DNA of 61,952 nt, counting the filler. It is 3 parts of 3 records of this genome, joined end to end, with 100 filler letters (N's around TTAATTAATTAA, not from the genome) between each part and the next. Parts side by side here need not be neighbours in the genome. Positions count along the whole stretch, not along the records: positions 23,634 to 50,100 come from DRR378314_1230; 2 more parts are not named here. One strand, 5' to 3'. Position 1 is the stretch's first letter. Every line of letters starts with the position of its first letter. Shown here one piece after another: positions 26,417 through 40,500 of this stretch. The notes under the pieces are model-generated. The model made no database searches. It worked only from the letters and a program-made list of their open reading frames with translations, and was not told the origin of the DNA. Position numbers and translations under genes: made by a program.

Positions 26417-29395
26417 ATGGCGCAGCGAGTCCACGTTTTATACCACTATCCCTGCCAGGACGGAGTTTTTGCAGCACTCTCGCTGGCACTATACGGAAAG
26501 ATTGCCGAATGGAACATTGTATGGAGGCCTATCAAGGTACGACGGGAAGCCATTCAATAGAGGAAGCGAAAAATGTTTGCCGTTTCCCGCTGCTGCAGCG
26601 CGAGCTACTTTTGTTTGCGGTAGTGCTTTCTCCATCGGGAACTGTCACGGAAAAGAAGGATCTGGGAGATCCTCCCTGGGCGCGGCGTCTCGTCTTATCT
26701 CTGGCGTTAAATTCATAGCGTATGGGCTCTGCTATTTCGCGTGAATTTCACTGCGGCTGCGTGCTGGTCGTGCTTCTGGTGTTTGCAGATCCATCTACCG
26801 ATGGAACAGCAGGTCCGCGACCGTGCTCCTCCAGTGCAAGCCGGCGACCTCGTGTACCTCGTTGACCTCAGTGGGACGCGCGCATATATCAACCAGCTCA
26901 GTCGCAATGTTGGAGGATCAGGTACGGGCGCCTACATTTCCGCTGAGTGCGAAGCACTGTGTGTGCAGCGTGCGAAGCGCGCGCTGAAGCACTTGGCCCG
27001 CACTCCGCTGCGCCGCTCCTTGGCCGCACGTAATAGTCACGAAGTACCTCGAACGCACCTGCATCAGCTCACGCGCTGCGTATGTCGTGAATCATGGTAC
27101 TGTATACAGGTCGTATCGTGATTCTCGACCACCACAAAACAGCATTGGAGGAGCTGTGCTGGGACGACGGTGCTCCAATGCCTGGGGACGTCCACATTAC
27201 CCTCGATATGAATCGTTCAGCCGCCATGATTTGTACGTCCATAGAGATGGCCACGTTCTTGCGGAAAGAATGATACAGGTGCGCACGCAGGACTTGTCGC
27301 TGCACTCTGTCGTTGTTCCTGAGAAGTGCTGTACCTGCGTCTACGCTTCTCTGTTCCATTCCTTTCTTTTTCGGTTTCGGTACTGTGCGCCTGCGTTGCA
27401 AGGCTGGGACTACTGCTGCGCGCTAGCGAAGGAAAAGGTGCGCACGTAGTACAATACCGGAATAAGAAGCGAAGAATTCTGATAGCACATGTGATCACAG
27501 ACGATAGAACACAAGTGCTGGTTGGGTAAAGTATTGGAAAGTCGCTTCTTGGCAGAAGAAATGCGGCAAGTCGAGTCGCTTGTGCCGCAGCGGCTCTCCC
27601 GAGCAATGTTGCGGACGTTACGAGGTCATGTGCCCACTCAGGCAAACACCTCGCTGATTCAAGCGAATAGCACGATACTGTACGTTGGCTGCGCGCTTTC
27701 TTCCATGGATGCCATGTCGCAGTGGAACAAAGAACTCGTAAAAAAGTCGCGGCGTCGCAAGGAGCTCGAGCGTGCTATCGCGCTCGTGCAAGATGTGGAC
27801 TTGTGGCGGAATGCTATTCCCGAGGTCAGCTCGCCGCAAGCTTTGCACTGTCAATTCGACGGAACCAACCGACAAGAGCCACACATTATGCTAGAGTGTA
27901 ATAGAAATGCGATTCTTCTGGTTTTTTTCCAAAAAAAGGATCTTTCCGTTTGCTGGTTGCTGCTGCATCTGAAAGAGTATCGCGTGACTCGCGGAGTAAG
28001 AACTGCATCTGTCTTGGTCTCTGTTCACGTCCTGTCCTGGTATTGTTCCTTGTGCTTTTCGTTGCCGATTCTCAATGTAGAGCCAAGCGTTTGCCGCAGG
28101 ATTGCGAGACATGGAGCACTTATTTGATGCCTATGAGATTCCTGGTACGATTATTGTAGGATAAGATTGCACAGAAATTTCTCTCTCCCTCTTCTACTTG
28201 TGTGAGTGCAAACGCGTATCGCGTACATGATACCGAGATCTTGTTTTCCTCCAGATCTGCCTAACATCAGCTAAATTGCAGGTGAATGCACTAATAGCAG
28301 CGCGATTGCAGTTTTCTTTTATTTCCACGTGCGGAATCTATCATGCCTATAGTGCGCCGTGGTTGAAGTTGCTTTGCGGCCGCGGGAGCGATTTTACGGC
28401 CGTTGATCTTTTTCTTGCCGTAACCATTCACGCACATTTCATGTTCGTTGTCTTGTAGGTGTTTTTGACTCGCTTGCGAATATACACGTTGACGAGGTGG
28501 TTCAGAAGGGCAAGATTGCGATGGAAGAAGAGGATCGCACGGTGCAGGTTCGAGACTTTGCAGTATTCTGCTCCTGCTACGATAGCATGCAAAGTGCCGT
28601 TTCAAAGTGGGATGAAGCGCTCCATTACTTGTGGAATGTCTTTATTATCCTGTGTATTTATGGGCGCAATAGAGGAAGTGCAGCAGATGGACTTTCGTGC
28701 CTCTCCCGGGCTTATTGTTCTACAATCGGGGGTTTCTCCTCGTTGTTGTTCCGCATTTCCTTGCGCCGTCTGAAATGTAGGGTGAGGTCGCTCGGTCATT
28801 CCCTGTAACGATTGCCACGTGTGGCGTCTCGTGTCTGGCGGTGGAGACGCGGCATGCTGGCCTGCGGTCCAAGCTCGGGAACGCTCTCGCGCTGGCGAGC
28901 CGGTCGCGCGGTCTCGACGGCGCCGCGGTGGTACTGTACACGCAGCCGGAGCTCGCGCTGGACCACGTCAAGGTGCGGCGCTGCAAAGGGAGAAGAGCGC
29001 GGCGCCTTCAATGCGTTTGCGCGGGATAGCAGTGCGCCGTCTCCATGTGAATGGCGCACACGGTGCAATATCCTTTGTGTGATGGTCGTACTGGATCGAA
29101 TTCCAGCCTGTTGTTGATGACGGGGATGAAGAAGCGTGACTTGTCTTGCTCCTCGCAACGTTTCTCTTTGTAAGTATGCCAGCCACTCCTACCCCACCGA
29201 ACCTGATCTGTGCTTTCGTGCGTGTATTCTTAGGCATCGCTCCGCTCGTTGCAAGGAAGTGTCAGTGTGGATGTTTCCGCGGTTGCATCGCACTACGGCG
29301 GCGGCGGGCACCGCAATGCCGCGTCCTGCGTCGTTCCGCGGAGCGAGCTGGAGGAGTGGCGGCGCGCGGGAACGGCAGCGGAGAGCCGATCTTAG
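26417..29395 (+). CDS. DHH/DHHA1-family phosphoesterase, multi-exon
   Basis: Motifs appear in order across exons: LYHYPCQDGVFAA, VYLVDLS, IVILDHHKTA, DMNRSAA, VQDVDLWR, ELGNALA and C-terminal YGGGGHRNAAS. Stop TAG at 29393-29395. Confidence 0.88.
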
Positions 29396-30081
29396 TATGC
29401 AGTATACGCGGTTTGCGTCACATGTATCCCGTGACCGATCGTCTTGGGGGTAATCAGAATTATTACCGCACATGGGGATGCTCTTGTTCGATTCCGGATG
29501 GCATCGCCGTGCAGATGCAATACATGGTATAGGGGCTTTGGCAGCCAGCCGAAACCGTGGTTGCGTTCCGTTGGTCGCTTCTGCTGCGTCCCATTTGCGT
29601 CTGGTTTCTCATTCTTGTTTTTGGATGCTAAAAGGAGAAAACGAACGTAAGTGACTCTAATTTGACCGCACATAGTCTTTGCCGAACTCGTAGTAGCGTT
29701 CGCGGGGACTGCGCGCGCGCTCTGTGGCGCACTGGTCGGATGGAAACCCACAACTGCTGCGCACAGGCTGTCCCGTATCCCTCGTCCACCCTACTATATT
29801 TGCAGCAGAAGACATCGTTACTTGATGGGTGGCAAAAGGCGTGCTCGTGCGCTTCGTTCTCTCGTTCGGGTATGGCGCAATCGGTCCGCGGCGGTGCACA
29901 GGAGGGAGGAGCGTGCGTATATTCCGGTCCCGCTTCGACGCCGGAACGACACCGCACTGTCCTCCGCCCGCCCGCGGCGAGCACCCAGTAGCGCCGCACG
30001 AGCGGAGCCCCGAGGTTCCACAGTGTGTAAATTTGGTGATTGCATACAGAGCAAGAAAGCGAGGTGCTGACAGTGACAGAA

Positions 30082-31336
30082 ATGGTCGCAACATACCTGG
30101 TTGCTCGGCGAAGTCCGCGGGAGATTGGCGTTGTCCGCGACGACCCTGAGAAGGGCACAGCGCAGCTCTTTGCTGTAGAGGTCACGGCGCTTCCCGCCGT
30201 CGAAGGAACTACCGCAAAACTACGAAGCAGGTTAACAGAGAGTATTCGCGAGGAGCTTACAAGAATAAGTGGTATTCAAGTCGAGAAGGAAAAGGTACAC
30301 GTTGGCGCTGGAGAGAAGTGGTGGTGCTGGGGTGCCTATTTCGGGTGCTGCGACTGGCTCTTCCTGACCCCGGGGTTGCAAGCTGCACTCCACACTCAGG
30401 CATAGCACACTCACAAATGATCTACACGATATCCGTAAGTAGATCAGAAAGTAGAATAGAATTCACATTCTTAAAAATAGCAAAGAGACGTGTTGAATAA
30501 TGATGAGGGGCTGTGGTGGGTTCCAGAGAGAGTATGCTTGTTGTAGTTCAGACAGTGGGTGCGAGTATGCGATCCGCCTGCTTTGGATCTTGCATTCGCT
30601 TCATGGCTGGCTTGCGCAAAAATCACTCCTTTGCCAGTCATAAATGTGCAACGAGAGAAAAAGTGTGTTAATAAATTTCGCATGGATAGAAAATCTATCG
30701 TATGCAAGCCGAATTCTCATGAAGGCTACGTGCTGGTTCACGCGGGATCGTGCAGCTTGGGCGACTTGTCGCCGCGTGCATCTTGCCTGGGGAGCCGTAT
30801 TCTGCCTCGCCATCATCACAGGATCACAGCACCGCCATAACCGATACTGACGAAGTACTTTCGAATGCAAAGTCACTGGATGATCTTGTTCTCTGGGAAG
30901 ACGAGCGCGAGGATGTACGCGAAGAGGACACCGTGGCGGTGGGGAACGCGGGCGCAGTGCTCGACGTCGCGTCGCTCCTCGCTGGCGCGCAGGCTGCTTC
31001 GAGCCCCGGTGCGGCGCTGCGGTACGGCCACCACGACGACCTGAACACAGTGGCAGAAGAAGAGCTTGATGCTATCAAGCGAGATATGGATGTGAAGTTT
31101 GAGCAGAACCAGGTGGCGCCGGGCGAGGAAGGCTTCGTGTACGACAAGCAGGTGCGCTGGTGGAACTCGGTCTTCCCTCGGCGCGTTAGGACGCAAAGAG
31201 ATCGTTCGTCCTTGCGCGCACATGCTGTAAGGCTCACGTGCGTCCTCTTCTACGTTGCTGCATGCAGGTCGCGTTTGGCGCGCCAGACGAGGCGAGCGGG
31301 TGGGATTCGTCGTCGGACAGCAGCGCGCTTGCGTGA
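30082..31336 (+). CDS. CEP19: CEP19-like centriolar/ciliary protein, multi-exon
   Basis: The C-terminal signature DDLNTVAEEELDAIKRDMDVKFEQNQVAPGEEGFVYDKQ | VAFGAPDEASGWD matches the CEP19 motif DLN.L...EL...K..MD..FE.N.......FVYD..V.F.......WD. Confidence 0.8.
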
Positions 31337-31593
31337 TCGGGCAGCAAGAACCGGAGAGAACCCGGGCGCGCGGCGATGCCAAGGCGCAGACGAGCACACT
31401 GTGCCGCCGTTCCAGTTTCCGAGCTTTATTGACGAATATGCGCGGCGCTGTGCCAATCGCAACCAAGATAGAGGAAAAGCAAAAACAGCGCGCTCGCGCA
31501 GCGGAAAGGCCAAGAAAAAATATACCAGTCGATACATACACATACGTGCTATCGCAAACCCCGCCCATGGCCCCTCTGCGGGCATCTCCGCAT

Positions 31594-34500
31594 CTATAGC
31601 TGCGAGTCCTCCTTGTACTTGCGGAAGAACCGCTGCATCTTATCCTGCAGCGGCTGGACCTCGCTGGAGCACAGCGAACCGTGTTTGTCCAGTCCGCGCG
31701 CCAGAATCGCCTCCTGGTCGTGCAGCACCTGCACGCGCGCGCACCGCACAGCAACGAAAATCATATTTACACAACATTCGCTTACGTTATGGAAATGCGG
31801 ACGCACGACGCTCACACGATCGGGGGAGGCGGCGGGCGCGCGACTCTCGCTCGGCGCTGCGCTGCGGACGGACCTGGCGCAGCTCGTCGAGCTTCGGCAC
31901 TTCCTCGGGGTTCTCGTCGCGGAACTTGTCGGTGAAGAACGCATCGCGATACATGCGCACACCGCCTTGCACGGCCGCGTCAATCACACCATTGAGCTTC
32001 ATCTGCACCGCACACGGTACCCAGGAAGTGAGACAAGCACTCACGGGTGGGGGGAGAAACCGCGATTGGAGGTAGTACACGCAGAGGTGGAAATCGGGAA
32101 CCGAACTAGTGCAGAGACGACCGCCGTGACCCAACACGAGAAGCCCCTGAGGAAAAGGAGCTTTATCCTCCCCCCCCACTACCCTCTTCCCGTCCCATAC
32201 GCGTGCGCAATGCACTTGTGCGTACCGTGAGGCTTGAGTAGTTTTCTGGCGTTGCGGCAGCGATACAGTCGCGCAGATCTGCGTTGGTGGTTCGCATCGA
32301 CGCGATCGCGTTCTCCACAGGCGTCATCGTGCGCTCTTTGCGCTGGACCACGAGCGCGCGGCGCTTCATCCCGGGGAACATCACGCTGCACAGAGCGGGG
32401 CCGCGGCGGAAGGGCTCCGTGTTAGCACGCGCATGGCGCAGTCCTTCCTCCGCTACGACGTGCATCGGTACAGAGGAGAGAGAGAGAGAGGAACGAAAGT
32501 GCTACCCAGAGAACAGGACGAATGCCAACGTCGCCGAAAAGGACAAGCTCGGTGCGCGCACTAGCGCTTTCGGGCGCTGGCAAACTCACAATTCTGCGCA
32601 TAAGTAACTCCATTGCGTTTCGTTAACGGACCTTTCCTCGATAGTGTACTTGGTCTCCTTCGTGAAGAGGTCCGAGAACTCGTTCACGCGCTCTTCCTTG
32701 CTCTGACCGTGGAAACTCCGCGACATGGTAAACGTGCTGATACGGTCATTTGCGAAGTACTGCTGCACGGACGAGGGAGCTGCACGCACCGTAGAGCGCA
32801 TACCAGCCCGCAGAAACACGAACAGCGGCCACAAGACAAGTGCGATCAGTGTTTCCGCACGTACTATGGGGTAGCATGGGGGCGGTCGACAAGGTCATTC
32901 CCTCCCCGGTACAACGGGACAACAACAGCGCAGAATCGCCTGGGAGTCCGCGCGTGTGACACAAACTGCCGTTGGCTCCAGGAGACACACAGGGCGCGAC
33001 AACGATTCGCAGCGGTTCCCAACAGCGCGCGATTACGGAGGTGCTCGATTCTCCGCCGCGGAGTCATCCGCGTGACGGGAGCGTCGCCTCGCTGAGCGCC
33101 AATCGCAGCGCCTTCCTACCGCTGCTCGTGCGCAGCGTCTCCGCGTACCTCCCGCTGCCACTTCGTTCTCGTGGGCGTCTTTGCACGGCTTCACATTCGT
33201 CACGATCGCCATCATCGCATCGCTCTCCTGCTGCTCCGCGGATGGCTCATCAAGGGACTGGAGCAGCTGAATACCGCTGAGGCGCTTCGCGAACCGCTCT
33301 CTGCACGCGGCGTGTCCCAAAGCAAGGGAGAGCGAAATGGAAAGCAAGAGAGAGAAAGAGAGAGAGATAACGCATCAGCGAGAGAAAACGAGGAGAAGCG
33401 GGAAGAGGAGCACGAACGGGGGAGAAGCGCGCGAGAAGGACCAACGGGCGGCGGCGCGAGGACTGGGCGCGCGTCCGCCGCCGCTCAGCGCCTCACGGCC
33501 ACACACGGCACAGCGCGCGCGAACAGCCGACTACAAAGGGTCCATCGCGACGCAGAGGGCACGAACAGCCGACTACAAAGGGTCCAGTGCGGCGCAGCGC
33601 AAGATGAGCGCGCGCTCGTTCGTGCGGTGCCGCACCTGAAGTCGCCGAGCTTCTCCAGCGGATCGCCTTTGTAGATGTACGCGTTGCCGGACAAGTACGC
33701 GAGCTCAGCCGGGAACCCTTTCCCGTAAAACGCGACGTAGAAGTACTCGCACGGGAACCGCTGCTCGTGAATGATTCTGCAAGCGACGAAGCACGGCGAC
33801 GCGGAAGCGTGAGCAACACCGCGCACACACTCCACAATCCCCTCCCCAACGAGAGACACGGTGCAAACAAAATAGGACCACTGCACTGGTATGTACCCGT
33901 ATTCACACACAGCGTCGCGATGGCTCTTGCTGGACGTGCAACGTACGCTTCGTACAAGCTGGCTTGCTCGCGCAGCACAGGTCCCAGACGCTCATAGTCG
34001 TAGGTTTTGCGGTAGTGCGCGCCGAGCACATCGCACGCGGCGATCGCGCGCTCGAAATCTTTTCCACCGGCAAAGCACTCGATGGCGCGGCGAATCGCCT
34101 GGATTTTCTCGCATTCCGGCGCTTCCAGGGTCACGACCGCGGAATCGGAGCGCACGCGCGTCGTCGCTTCGTCCATCCCATTCTCCTCGTCGTCCCACGG
34201 CAGCATCTCGCTCTCCTACCCGATGGAGAAAAGACGCCACAGCAGCAGCAAAAGCAACACAGAACGAGCAAACCAATGCTTGGTTACAATTCGCGAGGGC
34301 GGCGGGACCGGCGCGGGGATTACTGCTGCGCGCCGGCGCGTTTCGGGCCGTTGCGAAAGGGGGTACATAATCCTCCCCACCCAACCGGACGCGCGCCCTT
34401 GCGGACCGATCGCAGCTCGCGCGGATCCAGGAAAAGCAACACAAAAACGGAACCCGTGCGCACCTTTTCCGCCACAATGCCCGCTTCGACATAGTTGCCA

Positions 34501-37500
34501 CATGAACGGTGCATCTTGTGGAGCTGTCGCAGGTACTTGACGAACAGGTCGTTGCGCTTCGTCTTCTGCAAAAAGTCCAGCACATACAGGTACTGCTTCG
34601 TGGTCTCGTCTTCCATCTCGGGGTCCTTGTCGCGCTTCATACTCGCCAGATCGTAGATCATGTCAAAGAGAGACCCTGCACACCCAACGACACGAGCGCA
34701 CGCAGAGCAGCAAGCGCGAATCAGGAGATGAGGTGCTCCATCTCGGCGATCGGAACCGGAGCGAATCTGCGCACTAGGAGAGCTCGTGCCCCGACGAAAG
34801 CGCGTACGCGTAACATCCTCTCCTTCCTGTTCTGGGGAGCATTTCGTGCGTGATGTCCCGTACTGTGCTCGCCCAGCGAGCACGCGCGTCTGAAGCGCAT
34901 CGAAACTCGACCGCAACATGCTTACAAGACGCAACGGCTAGGCGGGATGAGCGCGCGCGCGCTTCCGCCGCCGCGTACCTTGGTCGTTGATGAACTCGTT
35001 GACACGCCGCATGAACTCCTCCGACGCCGATTGGTCGGTGTCGAGATTGTCGCGCACGCTCTGCGCCAGGGTTGTCCTGAAATGCTCACGAATAAAGGCG
35101 GAATCGGTTTCCGCATCGCAGACGCTCTCGTCGAAAGCAGAGACAGTCTCCTCCTCGACGCTCTTCACGTCGTGCAGCGCCTCGAACTCGCAGCGAAGCA
35201 GATCGTAGTACCGCTCAAACGCGATGCGCTGGAGCGACTCGCGCTTGCGGCACTCGGTGCTGATATACAGGAGATTCCGCGCGAATATCGACACGAAGCG
35301 CGCTTTCGCGCCGCCGAGTTTCCCCCATGCGCTCAGTGCGGTACTGACTGCAGCGTCACGCGGGTCGCGCGCATCGACCGGGTCGCGCGCGCTGCAGAGG
35401 AACCGCCAGTACTTCTGCCGCCCCTCACTGAAGTCCTCGATCGCCAAGAACCGTCCGCGCACCACCGAGAAGCAGAGGCGGACCAGTACTTCCCACAGCG
35501 GTCTATTTTCTCGCGAGTCCGCATCGCCGAAGCGGCTCTCGAGGAGCGGGAGCGCCTTGGCGGCGACCTGCGCGGCGGCGTCGAAGGCGAAGTGCACGAG
35601 GAACGCCCACTGGAACGGGAACAGTCCCGTTCCGTCCTCGGACCGGATAAACTGCTCTGTGCAGCTCAGGACATCGAACACAAACGTGCGGCGCTGTGCA
35701 TCGTCCGCGCACCGCTCCGCGAGATACCGCTCCAGATCTTGCGTTGTGAGCATGGAGAGGATCGACAGCACGCTCGTTCCCATCCGCATCGTGAGTTCCC
35801 CAATATCGATCTTGAGGTTGCAGCGCCCGTTGAGCTGCGCAACGGTTTCATGGTCGACCGAGTGCACAAACGAGACGTCTTTCAGCAGTACATCGCCGAG
35901 AAGGCAGCAGAGATCCCAGTTGGATTTCTCGGTGGGTCGCTGCTCGACAACGCGCACAGTGTCGCACAGGATCTCCAGACACAGCAGCGTCTGCTGCGCT
36001 TCCTCCGTCGTGCGCTCGCCGCCGGCGCCAATGTGCTGCTTAACCTGCGCGCAATCGAACACGGACGCGGTACAGAAGAATGAACGGTTACGGACGCAGC
36101 AAGCACGCGCAGCACATACGCACACCAGGGAAGAGAGCGGAGCGACATTTACGTGCTTCCAGTGTCTCGCTGGGCGACGGCGCCGAGAGTGGGAAATCAT
36201 AACACACAGCGCGCGAGTGGGCCCATACGCGCAACGGCAGCGGAAGAACAGCGCGCTGAAACGCATCCGGCTGTTGCCACACCACCAGTATATACGAAGG
36301 GCCGTTCCACACCGTGCGGGTGTGCAGGGTGACCGTTACGCGCTTGTGTGACCCGAACCGGCCCGCTGCGCGCTCTCGATGACCCGCCCGCGACGCTACG
36401 GGCACGATCCCCGGCGCGACCGTTACACAGGCGATCCAGACACCCGCTACGCGCGCGCCGTGCACGCTCACGACGCCGGCACTACCGCCGGCCTCCGCGC
36501 ATCGTACCTGCTCCATCACCGTTGGAAGGAGAATGTCGCGCGCCGCCTCGCGCTGCCAGATCGAGCTACGCGTGAGCGCCCAGATCACCGCGAGTTTCTC
36601 AATCGTGATACGCGGTTTCTCCTTGTGAATCGCCTCGAGGAACGCCTTTCCGAGCTGCCCCATCTCCACGTCGTCGAAGAATAGGAACAGTTCCTCGTAG
36701 AAACTCGGGAATGCGCGCAGCGTGATCCCTTGCGAAATAATGACCCAGTCCGGCTTCGTCCGCGACATAAGGTCGGTAATCGCGTTCATGAGCTTGTGGA
36801 TCTCTTGCCGGAAGGACGCGTCGTCCTCCTGGAAAGCGCGGACTTTCTCCGTATCGATTTCCTGCACCTCCCGCTGCGGCTTCGTCCACGTGGTTTCATT
36901 GGTAATTGCGTTGTGGTAGTACGGCTTCCCTTCGCCCGTGCGGTGCTCGGTCCAGCCCTCGGGGAGGTCGTCGAGCGCGTCGCCGCCGCCGCCAGCAGCA
37001 GCGCCGGTGATCTCCGGCCCGACATTTGCCACAAAGAGCTTCCGCGACGCGATAATGAGTTTCAGGTGGTACTTGAGCCCTTTGAGGCACTGGCGCAATA
37101 CGCGACTCTTCGCCGTATCCTCGAGGTCGGCAAAGTAGAAGTTGAGCTTGCGCAGAATCGTGCGATGTACATTGGTGTTTGTGAGGTCGCGCTCGATGTA
37201 GTAGTCGAGGAGCGGAAGAACGTTTTTGTACTGTTTCGCCTTCTCATCGCACAATGTCATGAGCAAAAAGACCAGATTGTCAAAGAGGAGATTTTGCATA
37301 TCCTCAGAGGACTCATACTCGTCAAAGATCATAAACATCGCATCGAACACTTCGCGCATGAACTTGATGATCTCGAAGGGGTCAATGTATGTGAACCGCT
37401 TCAGCTTTTCCATGATATCCGGAGGTCTTTGTCCCTTATTCTTCCAATTCAGCATCGAGCGCAGTGTCTCGTTCTGCGTGTGCTTCGTCGACGTTAGGCG

Positions 37501-40500
37501 TGTTCGAACGCGAATACTCTCCTTTGGCTTCAGCTTCATTTTCCCATCAAGGAAATCAAACTTTCCGTTATGCGCAAAGCACTCCAGTCGTTTCTCGCCA
37601 TCGGCAACAACGACTCCCGAATCATCCGTTAGACGAAGATACCCGTACGAGAAGAAATCCACCTGATAGAGAGCGTAAAACGCACGCGCGGAGGAACAAA
37701 GAATTACCAACACGAGGGATTACATCTCGCAGACGCATCTTGGACAAAATCTTCGCCATGAGGTGCATTTCTTCCCATCACGGAAGTGGTGGCGAGCAAA
37801 CGAGAGCACACGAGCAAACCAAGGGGCACAGCGGCGCCGAGCGACCCGTCTTCTCGCCTCCAACGAGCACACGCGACCGCGAGAACGAACGGGAGTACCT
37901 TACTACAACAGGGGCAGGACCTACGCGATTCTTTAGTGTGCTAACCTATCCGTTGTGCGAAAACGGGTGGAATTCTCCCATCGCAGCGATCATCGTTGCG
38001 CGTGCAGACACTGCGAGTTCGATAGAGGAGCTCGCTGCATCCTGGAGCGCTAATGCTCGCCGCACGTGCGTACCTTACTCTTGTGTCCTACACAATGCGC
38101 CGCCTCAATCAACAAATAGCAGCGATCGATGTCGTCCGGGGACAATTCGAGCCGCACAGTCTCTTCCACGTTTGGGTTGTTCACGTGGCGCGAGACGACC
38201 GCGTGGAAGGTGGTCTCTCGCCCTGCTCCCGCGCCGCGTGTGATGCAATTCGGCACCAATTGCCCTCCGGAACCATCATCACACACCACCGAGACAGCGA
38301 GCTGCACGCGCACATCGAACACGCGAAAGAAGGAACACGAGCGCGAGAACGCGAATGGGCGAGATGAACAATGAAGAACATCGCGTGACATCGCCGAGTT
38401 CGCAAATAGCACCAGAAACTTCAAAGTCGAACATGCAGTACTATCTTTCTATGCAAGAAAGATACCGAACAAGGAGATAATGACGATAAATTGTACGGAT
38501 TATACAGGATTCAAATACGTATTCAACAGCGCGCGCTCTCTCTCACACACAAAGCGCAGTATTTTCCGCCAAGTTGATGGCGGGAGAGGCGCGTCCGGAG
38601 CGCGCAAAGAAGCGCGAACAGCTGCAAGGTATACAGCGATTTCATCTGCTACAAGGACAGGTCCTGCGTCTACCGCGCGAGCGTAAGGACTCATTTCCTC
38701 GCTCGCACACAGTGACTCGGTCTCCCGGGCGCTGTCGCGATCCAACTCACCTGCACGTTCTTCGCGGTTTTCTTCATTCCTTGCTGGAACTCTCCTCCGC
38801 AGATCGTTACGTACAAGTCGTTTCTTTCATCTCCAGGCTCGAAGACCTCAGAGAAGTACAGTTTGTGCGCCGTAGACGCGGAAGTGTACTCGGGGAATTT
38901 CTCCGGAATCTCCGCAAAATCACCTGGGCGAAACGCGTCCGCAGCAGTTTGACAGAAACACGATCGTGTACGAAAAAAAAAAACCCCACGAGAATCAGAA
39001 CAACATGCCACGAAGCCAATTGGTTCCGTGCTATCAGAGCCAAGATCGGAATGCTGCGTATGCCATTGTGGCAACTGATCATCAATAATCACAGACTGCA
39101 GCGGACAACATGGACGTTTGGCACTATTGCGAGACGAACGTCGCTGTCGCAGTCGCGCGCTGAGCAGCGGAGCGAGAGCGAGCACGCTGCCGGACGCGCA
39201 GCAGCAGGAATCCGCAAAAGAGCTCCCAGCGGCTCGAACGCGACGCGCTCTCTTCGCGAACCATGCTCAAATCTCCAGGATAGTTCGCGCTTGCTGTCCT
39301 GGAAACAGCGAGAGAAAAACAAACGAACAAACAAACGGCTATTCATCGCCAAAAACGTCATTCAACTCTATCCCCAGCGCGCACCTTGCACACACGTGAG
39401 CCCGATGACCACGCCGATCGATTGCGGAGCGCGCTCGTGATCTTTTCCATTGATCAGGTCCTCGTGGATACGGTGGAATGAGTTCTCCGAGGACGGGACG
39501 TAGATTGGAAGCGCGTCCGGTGAGAACTCATCGCCGTCGACCGTGATCCTGCATTATGAAGTACGTGTCATAGAAGAAGTGCACACGCACGCAAGCAGCA
39601 ATGCGAAGGAGAACAAATTAGCACGCACTTCAAGGCCCGTTGCAATGCGTACGAATCCGCACCGATTCCGCGTGTGCGCTCGAGTGGACAAACGGGCACA
39701 ATCCCGCGATCTCGCGCCCACTGTCTCTGCGTGTGACACCAGCAAGGACACGGCGCGTATCGCTCAAAGAGCAAAGCTGCCATCCACTCGACCTACTCAC
39801 GCTAAGCGCAAGGCAAAGCGCTTGCAACAAACAAGCAAAGAACCAAGCGCTTGCAAAGCAACGAAAAAAGAGTGCGTTGGAGACAATGTGGATGGGGGGA
39901 AGGACCTATCGCGTCCTCTCAACCTGTGCACGTACAATACTATAGAAAGGAAGTCTTGGATGGTGACTCCTATTGTACAAGATATATACAGTACTTACTT
40001 TCTGTCCGAGAAAGATTCGGTGATATTGAATATGCAGCAGCCATACGGCCGGCGGAACGTCGCTGTGTCCGGCGGCGCCGGAGCGGCGGTCCCGCTCGCG
40101 ATCAGCGAGCTTTTCGAGCTGTCTTTGGTCTTCATTGCGCCTTTGCGGTAGATTTTGCACAGAAGTACGAGCTCGGAGTTGTACTCTTCGTGGCCGATGT
40201 CGCGGAAGATCGATTTCAGGGCTCCAATATCGTCATCACGTTCCGGCATACCCGATGCGGTCAAGCTAATCACCACATCCTCCGTGATAAACGTCTCGCG
40301 CAATATCGAGTACAGGGATATGCAGAGATCAGTGGGCTCATTCGCGCTGTACATGCACGCTTTCACATCGAGAAGAAGATGCGTGTTCATCGTCGGCAGC
40401 GCGCCGCTTTCACCTTCCTGCATCGAGGAGGACTTCTTGCCGAAGAACTTGGATTTCGTGCGCTTTTTCAGCGTCTGCATGCGGCTGCGCGACACAACCG

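Noticed and set aside
33520-33586. 25-nt direct repeat as a mini CRISPR array
   Set aside because: Only two copies with a 17-nt gap, inside a eukaryotic intron, and no cas genes; it is a simple local duplication.
34947-37497. Several 250-380-aa plus-strand ORFs
   Set aside because: They are antisense to DOCK exons, as expected from biased codon usage in GC-rich DNA.
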